In this document: positions 10,437 through 18,755 of the stretch, in pieces
Layout of the letters: each line of letters starts with the position of its first letter
Position numbering within the stretch: the first letter of the stretch is position 1
Assembly: GCA_035299765.1 (NCBI GenBank)
Contig: DATGVZ010000083.1
Location: forward strand, 2,381 to 66,380
Reading direction: 5' to 3'
DNA from: Gemmatimonadales bacterium
Lineage (GTDB): Bacteria > Gemmatimonadota > Gemmatimonadetes > Gemmatimonadales > GWC2-71-9
DNA length: 64,000 bases
Position numbers and translations under genes: made by a program
The notes under the pieces: generated by a model
What the model was told of the DNA's origin: nothing
Seen by the model: the letters and a program-made list of their open reading frames with translations, nothing else
Databases searched by the model: none

Positions 10437-11413
10437 AACCGTTGTAGCGCTTTTTCGACCGTTCTCTTCGGATTGAGCAGCAGGTCGAGGCCGTAGCCGA
10501 GTGTGGCGGCAGCGACCCGGCTGACGCGCAGGGGCAGCCCCAATGCCTTCAGCTTGTCGCGGTGGAACCGCCAGAAATCCCGCCCGCGCCGTTTCGTCGC
10601 CTGCCAACCCAGATAGCGATAGTACTCTCGCAAGCACACGCGGAGCTGCTCTTCCAGCTCCAGGTCGGTGAGATACTTGGGTCCGTACTGCCGCAGCGCG
10701 TACAATCGGTACGGGAGATGGGTGTTCAGGTTCTGCGAGATCGTCGTCAGGGACTCCGTGCGCACGCGGGTGAAGGTGAGGACCTGATGCACGAATCCGA
10801 AGTCGTAATCTTCCAAGCACTCGAGACACGACTCCGAGTCCGCGTGGATGTTGGATTCGTTCATGAAGGCCGGGCGGCTGCGCACGATGTCCGCGCGGAA
10901 CATCACGAAGGTGGGCGCGCCGATCACCGCAGGACCCTGACCCACTAGGTACGACCGCGCGAGCGCGCGACCCGGCAACACGGTATCGCTCCCGTCGTAC
11001 GGAACGCCTCGGCAATACACGCCCATGTCCGCCTGCGAGTAGACACCGTACGCGCCCACGATGGCGACGCGCGGATGCCGCTCGGCGAGGCCGACCATGC
11101 GCTCCAGACATTCCGGAAAGATCATGTCGTCGGAGTCCACTGGCTTGCAGTACTTGCTGTCGCGCGAGATCAGCCGGTAAGCGGTGTTGCGGTTCTCGGT
11201 GACTCGCACGAACCGCTCGTTGGTATGAATCCGGATGCGCGGATCGCGAGCGGCATACTCCTGCGCGATTTCCAGCGTGCGGTCGGTGCTGCAGTTGTTG
11301 AGGATCACGTATTCCCAATGATCGTAAGTCTGCGCCAGCACGCTCTCGATGCAGTCGCGGAGGTAGCGCTCTCCATTCCACACAGCGGTCACCACGCTGA
11401 CGAGCGGTTTCAT
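10433..11413 (-). CDS. glycosyltransferase family 2
   Basis: Start at MKPLVSVVTAVWNGERYLRDCIESVLAQTYDHWEYVILNNCSTD (ATG 11413). There is a 4-nt overlap with the downstream GT4. Confidence 0.85.
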   Translation of the reverse strand: MKPLVSVVTAVWNGERYLRDCIESVLAQTYDHWEYVILNNCSTDRTLEIAQEYAARDPRIRIHTNERFVRVTENRNTAYRLISRDSKYCKPVDSDDMIFPECLERMVGLAERHPRVAIVGAYGVYSQADMGVYCRGVPYDGSDTVLPGRALARSYLVGQGPAVIGAPTFVMFRADIVRSRPAFMNESNIHADSESCLECLEDYDFGFVHQVLTFTRVRTESLTTISQNLNTHLPYRLYALRQYGPKYLTDLELEEQLRVCLREYYRYLGWQATKRRGRDFWRFHRDKLKALGLPLRVSRVAAATLGYGLDLLLNPKRTVEKALQRL

Positions 11414-12363
11414 GGCGCGACTCGCTCGAGCCAGACCTCGTGCCAGTATGGGTAGATGCTGCGCGTGCAGAAGAGCCGCTTGCTGCTCAAGCAGCCACCG
11501 CACGCAGCGCCATCCAGGATCAGGCACGCTCCGCGAATGGAGATCATTTTTCCCGTCTTCTCATTGACGATGCGCTCCACGCGCCGCAGCACGGTGAACG
11601 GCTTGCCGCAGAACGGCACCATTTCGGGATCGAACGACAGGCCCCGGTTGCGCGCAGCGGCGTTGAGGGTGCGCATGATGTCGTCCCGAGACCGGACCCG
11701 CACGCGCTCACCCGCCTTGAGATCCAGGACGGCCGTGGGCGTCGGGTCGCGGGCGACGCCTCTGACGGAGGGATAGGGACGGAGTCGCCAATGCAGCCGC
11801 ATGAGGTTGTTATAGGCGGCGATCAGCACGTAGCGCACGAAATCGCCCAGCCGCACGTTGCGAGACCAGAGGTCGCGCACATAGCCGCGCACGTTCCACC
11901 ACGGGAGCGGCGTCGAGGCCGCGTTCAGCTCGGTGGCCTGGCAGCGATACCGAACCTCGGTGTCGCCGCCGTTCGCGACGCGGGTCGCACGGGTGAGTGT
12001 TTCGACATCGCAGCGGGGTGACGTGCCGCTACTCGTCGACGGCTGATCCACGCGCTTGAGCCAGGCTTCCTTCCAGAACAGCAGGCACCCCGCCTGGCAG
12101 CCGCCATGCGCGGCGCCTGTGCAGCGGACGCCCACCAAATGCACCGCGTTGGGAATGGACCGCAGGCTGCCGAGGTTCTGCGTGGTGTCGCAGGTCTTAT
12201 GCGCGGACTTGAAGACCTGAAACCGGTGGCCGCAGTGGGGCAACATCTCCGGCATGAAGGGCAGCGACTCGAGCCGGCCTTGATCATCCAACGTCGCGAG
12301 AATCTCCGCTGCCGGCTTGACCTCGACCCAATCGCCGGCGCGCAGACCGCGCTCATTCCGCAT
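11410..12363 (-). CDS. hypothetical Cys-rich protein with internal duplication
   Basis: ATG 12363 (MRNERGLRAGDWVEV). There are two homologous halves, approximately 12055-12342 and 11413-11682. Both share L+AG..V.V+...I..TL......L.F.PEM.P.CG..F.V, then a Cys cluster, then W.E.WL.RV. It overlaps the wzt stop by 11 nt and the GT2 start by 4 nt. Confidence 0.6.
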   Translation of the reverse strand: MRNERGLRAGDWVEVKPAAEILATLDDQGRLESLPFMPEMLPHCGHRFQVFKSAHKTCDTTQNLGSLRSIPNAVHLVGVRCTGAAHGGCQAGCLLFWKEAWLKRVDQPSTSSGTSPRCDVETLTRATRVANGGDTEVRYRCQATELNAASTPLPWWNVRGYVRDLWSRNVRLGDFVRYVLIAAYNNLMRLHWRLRPYPSVRGVARDPTPTAVLDLKAGERVRVRSRDDIMRTLNAAARNRGLSFDPEMVPFCGKPFTVLRRVERIVNEKTGKMISIRGACLILDGAACGGCLSSKRLFCTRSIYPYWHEVWLERVAP

Positions 12364-13612
12364 GCGCCGGCTCCGTGGGCGCGTCGAGGTTTTCAGACGG
12401 CGTGCTCTCACAGTGCACCAGCTCGGGCACGAGGTGGGCAACGCCGCGGATCGTGGGCGTCGCGGCGACGAAGAATGTCGCCGCCGCCAGCCAGCGGTCG
12501 CACGTCCGGTTGGTGACGTAGCGATGGAGATACGCGTGCACGCGGTAGCTCCCTTCCGCCAGCCGCAGTTGCACGCGGAACGTGCAGCGCAGGGTTTCAC
12601 CGGCCTTGATGGTGAGTGGTCCCGCGCCCAGGCGCTGCGTGCAGGTATCGAACACGAGGTAGTCGTTCTGGTCCACGATGGCGACGACGACACTGAGGTC
12701 GTCATGGGTCGTGCGCGCCGTCACCTCGATGCTGATGTCGGCGAATTCATCGGCCTCGAACGTCAGGCGCGGATCGTCCAGCGTCGCGATCGACACGTCC
12801 GTGATCCGGATGGCCCGTTCCGGCTCCAGCGCGCGTGCCTCATGGCCCCGCGACAGGTAGGTTCGGATGACGCTGTTCGAGGCGCCAATCTCGATGACCC
12901 GACCTCGCTCCAGCAGCGCGCTGCGCGCGCACAGCGTCGCCACGGCGCGCAAGTTGTGCGACACGAAGACGACGGTGGCGCCTCCCGTCATGATTTCGTT
13001 CATGCGATCGAAGCATTTCTGCTGGAACAGGTAGTCGCCCACACTCAGGACTTCGTCGACGACGAGGACGTCCGGCTCGACGTGCGCGGCAACCGAAAAG
13101 CCCAGCCGCGCAAACATCCCCGAGGAATAGCGTTTGACCGGCGTATCGAGAAATCCCTCGAGCCCGGAAAACGCGACGATGGCATCGAAGCGGCGCTTGA
13201 TCTCGGCGCGCGTCATGCCGAGAATCGTTCCGTTGAGATAGATATTCTCGCGACCGGTGAGATCGGGGTGGAACCCGGCGCTCACCTCGATCAACGCCGA
13301 GAGCCGACCGGCGACCCGCACCGCGCCGCGCGTCGGCCGCATAATGCGACTGAGGAGTTTCAGGACGGTGCTCTTCCCCGCCCCATTCGCCCCGATGACG
13401 CCGAACGCCTCGCCGCGCCGCACGGCGAAGCTCACGTCCTCGAGCGCCCAGAACTCCCGCGCCGTAAGCGGCGCGCCACCGTTGTCCGCGGCCCCGCGCC
13501 GCCGCAGCAACCGGCGGCCGAGTGCCGGGACCAGATCGCGCAGGGAGTCGTACAACTCGCCCTTGCGAAACTTCTTGTAGACGCCGTCGAGGGCGAGCGC
13601 GGTGTCGGACAT
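12353..13612 (-). CDS. wzt: polysaccharide ABC exporter ATP-binding protein with C-terminal glycan-binding-type domain (Wzt/TagH-like)
   Basis: The real start is ATG 13612 (MSDTALALDGVYKKF). It has Walker A GANGAGKST, signature YSSGM and Walker B LVVDEVL. An extra region of about 170 aa lies C-terminal to the NBD, as in Wzt. Confidence 0.85.
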   Translation of the reverse strand: MSDTALALDGVYKKFRKGELYDSLRDLVPALGRRLLRRRGAADNGGAPLTAREFWALEDVSFAVRRGEAFGVIGANGAGKSTVLKLLSRIMRPTRGAVRVAGRLSALIEVSAGFHPDLTGRENIYLNGTILGMTRAEIKRRFDAIVAFSGLEGFLDTPVKRYSSGMFARLGFSVAAHVEPDVLVVDEVLSVGDYLFQQKCFDRMNEIMTGGATVVFVSHNLRAVATLCARSALLERGRVIEIGASNSVIRTYLSRGHEARALEPERAIRITDVSIATLDDPRLTFEADEFADISIEVTARTTHDDLSVVVAIVDQNDYLVFDTCTQRLGAGPLTIKAGETLRCTFRVQLRLAEGSYRVHAYLHRYVTNRTCDRWLAAATFFVAATPTIRGVAHLVPELVHCESTPSENLDAPTEPAHAE

Positions 13613-13617
13613 GAGCG

Positions 13618-14403
13618 TCAGACGCTCTCGGCAAAATAGGGTTCCAGCCGCTGAAACAGCGCGAGCCCCGCGAGAAACGTCACGGCGGAAACCACCACGC
13701 TGTATCCCAGCCACGCGAGGGGCGGAGCCGCATGACGCACCACGACGTTGGCAAATCCTTCGAGGATCGGGGCGACGGGATTCACCATGAGCCACGACGA
13801 CCACAGGCCGAACATCGAGACTTCGTAAAAGACCGGCGTGAAAAAGATCGCGAACGTGAGAATCACCTCGACGAGATACTTCACGTCGCGAAAGAAGAGG
13901 CTGCCGGCCGAGAGCAGCAGCGCGAGGCCCGCCGTAAACAGAACCAGGCAGGCCACGAGGACCGGCACCCATACGAGCTGCACGCTGGCGCCGACGTGCA
14001 GGATCGCGAGCACGACCACGAGCACCAGCGATGCCACTGCAAAGTCCACCAGCTGCGACAATATCGCGGCGAAGGGGAAAATCTCCCGTGGCAGATAGAC
14101 CTTGGTGACGAGGCTCGTATTGGTGATGAGACTCGTGGTGGCAAACCGCAGCGATGATACGAAAAACGCCCACGGGACCGCCCGGACGCTCACCGAGGCG
14201 ATATCGGCCGTTCCCAGGGGTCGTCCCGAAAAGACCGAAAATCCGTAACGCACCAGGACGCCCGCAAGCACGATTACCGTCGGCATCAACACCGCCCACA
14301 GCATCCCCATGACCGACTGCTTGTACTTGATGCGGATCTCACGCCAGGTGAGCGTCCAGAGGAGATCTCGTCGGGCCATCACCGCACCCAGCGCTGTGCC
14401 CAT
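13618..14403 (-). CDS. wzm: ABC-2 type polysaccharide exporter permease (Wzm-like)
   Basis: The motif LTWREIRIKYKQSVMGMLWAVLMP is followed by six hydrophobic segments. It lies 5 nt upstream of wzt. Confidence 0.85.
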   Translation of the reverse strand: MGTALGAVMARRDLLWTLTWREIRIKYKQSVMGMLWAVLMPTVIVLAGVLVRYGFSVFSGRPLGTADIASVSVRAVPWAFFVSSLRFATTSLITNTSLVTKVYLPREIFPFAAILSQLVDFAVASLVLVVVLAILHVGASVQLVWVPVLVACLVLFTAGLALLLSAGSLFFRDVKYLVEVILTFAIFFTPVFYEVSMFGLWSSWLMVNPVAPILEGFANVVVRHAAPPLAWLGYSVVVSAVTFLAGLALFQRLEPYFAESV

Positions 14404-14554
14404 ACCCGGTTCTATCCTTCCTCTTCGAGGTCGTGACTAGACGGCCTGCAAAATGCGGACTTGAGCCGCCCGGCGATTTACGAGCCTGAACGCACGGCGG
14501 GAGAAGGGGTCACGCCCCCCCCGCTATGGAACCTGTTGCAGGAGTGCAACACCT

Positions 14555-15571
14555 ATGGCCGGTGCACCGCCCGCCGTCACGCTTGCGCTGCATCCCGAAA
14601 ACGACCTGTACCATCTCTCCACCCTGCTCACGGGACTCATCGCGTTGCGGCAGTCTGGTGAGATTTCGTTGTCAGTCTCGGTCGAGCCGCGCCACGACCC
14701 CGCGTACGGCGCCGTCTATCGCCTCCTCGCACGCTGCGGCACGTCAGCCGTCCGGTGCACGATCGATGTCGCCGATCGCTCCGACTTCTGGGACGTTGTG
14801 GGATTCCGCCAATCCGACGTCTACTTAAAACGCAGCTACTGGCCGACGCGATTGCCGGCCGGCGTTCGCCCATTCGGGCTCAACTACGCCTCCCGGCCAC
14901 CGGGGCTCCCGGCGATGGCGATCCGGATGCTTTGGTCACTCCTGCGACGCGGAGCGGCACGAGGCCTACGCGCGTACCTGCACAGCCCGCCCGCGACGAC
15001 CCTCGAGTGGCCGCCTGAGGCGACGCGGGAACCGAAAATCGTGTTTCAGTCGCGGTTGTGGGAAGGAGCAGCCGGTGGTCCAGATGTCGATCGCATCAAT
15101 GATGAGCGAATCTCACTCGCGCGCGCGTTGCGCCGAACGTTCGGGAACCGTTTCTTGGGTGGGATCATCAGGACTGCGGTGGCGGAGCGCCTCTGTCCCG
15201 ATGCCATCTCTCCACTGCCCAGTCGGCACGGTGCCTATGCGCGCTGGAGCCGCGCGGCAGCGATCGGGGTGTACACGCGGGGGCTGCACGACTCGATCGC
15301 CTTCAAGCTGCCTGAATACTTCGCCAATGGAAAAGCGGTGGTGGCGCAGGGCATCCCGCGGGACATCGTACTTCCTGCCCCGCTTACGGCAGGGCGCGAA
15401 TACGTCGCATTTTCGGCGTTAGACGATTGTGTGGCGACATGCGAAGGGTTGTTGACCCACCCCAGGGACGCGCGCGGGCTGGGTGAGGCCGCGTGGGAGT
15501 ACTATCGGTGCGAGTGTGCCCCCACCGCGATGGCGCGTCGGGTAGTCCGCACCATGGGTCTGGGGAACTAG
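14555..15571 (+). CDS. hypothetical protein (possible GT-B-like C-terminal half)
   Basis: ATG 14555 with GGAG 10 nt upstream. I recognised no clear family. The C-terminal part (KAVVAQGIP...REYVAFSALDDCVATCEGLL) vaguely resembles a GT1 C-terminal domain. Confidence 0.45.
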   Translation: MAGAPPAVTLALHPENDLYHLSTLLTGLIALRQSGEISLSVSVEPRHDPAYGAVYRLLARCGTSAVRCTIDVADRSDFWDVVGFRQSDVYLKRSYWPTRLPAGVRPFGLNYASRPPGLPAMAIRMLWSLLRRGAARGLRAYLHSPPATTLEWPPEATREPKIVFQSRLWEGAAGGPDVDRINDERISLARALRRTFGNRFLGGIIRTAVAERLCPDAISPLPSRHGAYARWSRAAAIGVYTRGLHDSIAFKLPEYFANGKAVVAQGIPRDIVLPAPLTAGREYVAFSALDDCVATCEGLLTHPRDARGLGEAAWEYYRCECAPTAMARRVVRTMGLGN

Positions 15572-15702
15572 TCCCTTCGTTGTAGCAGGCGAGCTACACC
15601 CAGCAACGGCGTAAGCGGCCGCCACGCGCGAGAACATCGCTAGCAGTAAGGACTTCCGAGGCGTGCCGACAGCCCAGTTCTTGCACCCGTGCCGGTACGC
15701 CC

Positions 15703-17001
15703 ATGGCCCGTCGCGTGCTGGTGATCAGCTATCACATGCCATCCGATGGCGAGGTCGGAGGTCTTCGCTGGGCTGGGCTCACGAAGTACCTCGGTAGCCT
15801 GGGCTGGCAATCCTGGATTCTCACTGCCGCTCCTCCAGCCACGGATCAGAAGTCAGCTGCCGTCACCGTGGAGTTCTGCCCTCGGGGTCGGTCCGTCCCC
15901 GAGCTGTACCGATGGTTGCGACGCGCGGTTCCCGGGATTCGCCTTCCTCCCCATCGCGCGGATTTGTCAGCGCGCGGTGGAGCGCGCGCCGCGTTGCTGC
16001 GGCCCTTCGCCACCTTGCGCAGCGAAGCATCGGGGCTGCTGTATCTCCTGAGCGAGGGATATGGCTGGACGCTGCGCGCCGCTCGGCGCGCGCGGTCCAT
16101 GATCCGACGCATTCGTCCTGACGTGGTCGTCAGTACCAGTCCGCCCCATCCGACGCACCTCGCCGCGTGGATGGCGACCCGGGGCACGGGCGTGCGCTGG
16201 ATCGTGGATCTGCGTGATCCGTGGGCGCGCCCCGTCACGAAGGCGTGGGCGCACACCGGCGCCATCGCCAACGCCCTCGCCGCGGCGGCGGAGCGGCTCG
16301 TCATCCGCGCGGCCGATGGCGTCTTCACCACGACACGAGAGCTCGCCGATCAGCTGGCGACTGCATATCCGGATACCGCGGTCACCTGGATCCCGAACGG
16401 AGTCGATCTCGAGACGCTGCCGTCGCGCAGCTCGCATCCCTTTCCGGGCCTTGGCATCGCGCATCTGGGCACCTTGTATGGAGGGCGCGACGCGGGGCCG
16501 GTGCTCAAAGCGCTGCGTCTGTTGATCGACCAGCATCCGGCAGCGGCGTGCGACGGCACGATGTTCCGCCACGCCGGCCAGGAAGATCCCGCGCAGGCCG
16601 ATGCGACGCGTCGCGCGATCGCAACCCTGGACCTAGCGGCGCAGGTGGCGTTGCATCCCGTGTTGCCACGGGCCCAGGCGCTCGATCTCTTGGCACGCTC
16701 CGGGCTCGCCATTGTGCTGGCGCAGGATCAGGACTACCAGATTCCGTCGAAGCTGTATGAGTCGGTCGCGATGGGAATCCCGACACTCGTGATCGCCGGC
16801 CGGGAATCCGCCGCCGGACGGGAAGCGGTCCGGCTGGGCGCGTTCTTCGCCCAGCCGGAGGAAGTCGGCGCCATCGCGCGACTCTTTGAGGGGCTCTGGT
16901 CGGGCAGCGGTCCACACCGCAACGGTGGTCCTCCGTCCGAGTTGTACGATTATCGAGCGCGGGCGCCGGCGGTGGCTGCGCTGCTCGAAGCCTCGGCATG
17001 A
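15703..17001 (+). CDS. glycosyltransferase family 4-like
   Basis: The N-terminus RRVLVISYHMPSDGEVGGLRWAGLTKYL and the C-terminal YQIPSKLYESVAMGIPTLVIAG are GT-B type. ATGA overlap with the next gene. Confidence 0.7.
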   Translation: MARRVLVISYHMPSDGEVGGLRWAGLTKYLGSLGWQSWILTAAPPATDQKSAAVTVEFCPRGRSVPELYRWLRRAVPGIRLPPHRADLSARGGARAALLRPFATLRSEASGLLYLLSEGYGWTLRAARRARSMIRRIRPDVVVSTSPPHPTHLAAWMATRGTGVRWIVDLRDPWARPVTKAWAHTGAIANALAAAAERLVIRAADGVFTTTRELADQLATAYPDTAVTWIPNGVDLETLPSRSSHPFPGLGIAHLGTLYGGRDAGPVLKALRLLIDQHPAAACDGTMFRHAGQEDPAQADATRRAIATLDLAAQVALHPVLPRAQALDLLARSGLAIVLAQDQDYQIPSKLYESVAMGIPTLVIAGRESAAGREAVRLGAFFAQPEEVGAIARLFEGLWSGSGPHRNGGPPSELYDYRARAPAVAALLEASA

Positions 17002-18473
17002 ATCGACCCGCCCGCGGGGCGGCGCGTCTGCTGCTCGTGGCCGTCAGCGCGTGCGAGGCTCGCCCGGCCGCTGTTGTCTCAACGCCGCCGCCGCCCGTCG
17101 GACTGTGCATCGATAGTATCGCGCCCGCGCTTCCAGCGCCCGCTCGGACGGTTTACGTCGACGCCCAAGCCGGCGACGACGCCGCTGATGGCCACAGCCC
17201 AGCTACCGCGTGGCGCTCGCTCGCGAAGGCCGACGACAAGGTTCGGCCCGGCGACTTGGTGCTCCTGAGCGGTACGTTCAACCACGAGCAGATCCATCCC
17301 GCGCGCTCGGGCAGGGCGGACGCGAAGATCGTGTATCGGGTCAAGCCAGGTGCGCAGGCGACGCTCGTCGGCGGCCGCTACGACACCATGGTCTGGATCG
17401 AGGGCCAAAGCCACATCGTCGTGGACGGCCTCGAGCTGCGTGACGAACGCGAGCCGATCATCCTGCGGGCGGGCGCGCATGACATCTGGCTCCGGAATCT
17501 CTACATCCATGACGCCGGCACGGCGATCCATCTCACCGCCGCCAGCAACAACCGCATCGAAGACAACCGCATCGAACGCATCGGCAGCGAAGCGACCAAC
17601 TCAGGCGACGGGATCTTCATCCAGAACGGCTCCAACCGCAATCGGATCGTGCGCAATACCATCCGTTATGGCGGCCATGGCGCGTTGTGGATCAGTTATC
17701 AGAACGCCGCCGAAGCGACCAGCGATGACAATGTGCTCGAGCATAACGATTTCTCGAACCCTTGGGCATCGGGTATCGGGCTCGCCGGCAAAGCCAATCG
17801 TACCACCGTGCAGTGCAACATGGTTCATGAGACGGCAAACGGGAGCGGACCGAATTACGCGCGCGCTGGCGTCGAGATCGATGGCACTGCCAACGTCGTC
17901 CGGTTCAATGAAATCTTTGCCAACGGGGCCCAAGGGATCACCCTTCAGGGCCGCACATTCGGCGGCTTCGTCCAGGACGCCACGAACAACCACATCTACA
18001 ACAACACGTTCTGGCAGAACCACGGCGAGAGCGTGCAGCTCGTGCAAAAGGATGTCGGGAACGTTCAGAACAACCTCATCGAGAACAACATCTTCTGGCA
18101 TGACGGCGGGTTCTCATCCGAGGGTGCGCGGTATGCCATCACCAGCGAACTGTACCATGCCGACAGACCGTGGTCGCTCGGGACGACCAACGGCAATATC
18201 GTGCGGAACAATTCCTTCCCGGCGAACCAGATGTTATTGCTTGTGATCCGGAATGGGGCGCCGAATGAGGTGTACCCAGCACAGCTGGTTCACGCCATGC
18301 TCCCCGGTTGGACGGACAACCAGCAGACCGATCCACTGTTCGTCAACGAAGCCGGCCGCGACGTCGAGCTACGGGCCGGCAGCCCCGCCCTCGACGCGGG
18401 ACGCGCCATTGCAGGCGTTCCATATAGTGGTCGCGCTCCGGACCTCGGTGCCCACGAGCGAGCATCGCCCTAG
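16998..18473 (+). CDS. right-handed parallel beta-helix repeat protein, probable lipoprotein
   Basis: Lipobox-like LLLVAVSAC at the N-terminus. It carries repeated NNRIEDNRIERIG / NRNRIVRNTI / HNDFSN / NNHIYNNTFWQN turns typical of pectate-lyase-fold proteins. It is a close paralogue of the C-terminal half of 18756..21551. Confidence 0.75.
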   Translation: MNRPARGAARLLLVAVSACEARPAAVVSTPPPPVGLCIDSIAPALPAPARTVYVDAQAGDDAADGHSPATAWRSLAKADDKVRPGDLVLLSGTFNHEQIHPARSGRADAKIVYRVKPGAQATLVGGRYDTMVWIEGQSHIVVDGLELRDEREPIILRAGAHDIWLRNLYIHDAGTAIHLTAASNNRIEDNRIERIGSEATNSGDGIFIQNGSNRNRIVRNTIRYGGHGALWISYQNAAEATSDDNVLEHNDFSNPWASGIGLAGKANRTTVQCNMVHETANGSGPNYARAGVEIDGTANVVRFNEIFANGAQGITLQGRTFGGFVQDATNNHIYNNTFWQNHGESVQLVQKDVGNVQNNLIENNIFWHDGGFSSEGARYAITSELYHADRPWSLGTTNGNIVRNNSFPANQMLLLVIRNGAPNEVYPAQLVHAMLPGWTDNQQTDPLFVNEAGRDVELRAGSPALDAGRAIAGVPYSGRAPDLGAHERASP

Positions 18474-18693
18474 CAGAACGCAACGCATTGTTGCGAAATG
18501 CGAGACGTTAGTATCGCTACGTGATGCCGTTCGGCGCATTTAAGTACTTGAGATCACGGAGCCGTCTCCGTTGCTGTCCGCGGCGGAACGAGGATTGCCC
18601 CGATGGTCGAGTCGCTGCTCAGAGCATACCCGTCGAAAGACGGCGACGCAGAGCTACGGGGCTACCGCGGATCACCGCCACGCCCGCCGGGCC

Positions 18694-18724
18694 GCCAGCG
18701 CATGACATGCTGGCGGTCTTTTTT
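18694..18724 (+). terminator. candidate intrinsic terminator (GCCAGC-loop-GCTGGC followed by TCTTTTTT)
   Basis: A 6-7 bp GC stem (18694-18699 / 18709-18714) is followed by a T6 run (18719-24), which is conspicuous in this GC-rich DNA. It lies between the two beta-helix genes. The stem is short. Confidence 0.35.
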
Positions 18725-18755
18725 ACTCCTGCTCGCGCCCGCTGTGGAGGAGACG

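Noticed and set aside
10437-11381. N-terminal 315 codons of tracked ORF 9267..11381
   Set aside because: This part overlaps the GT2 gene in another frame and is Arg/Pro-rich noise. The GT4 domain begins at ATG 10436, which forms a 4-nt overlap with the GT2 stop. Similar spurious 5-prime extensions were trimmed for 1493..3313, 5000..6097, 5422..6744, 6627..7874, 11410..12705 and 12353..14299. The same was done for 21553..22809, 28802..30496, 30115..31380, 34177..36447 and 43715..44623.
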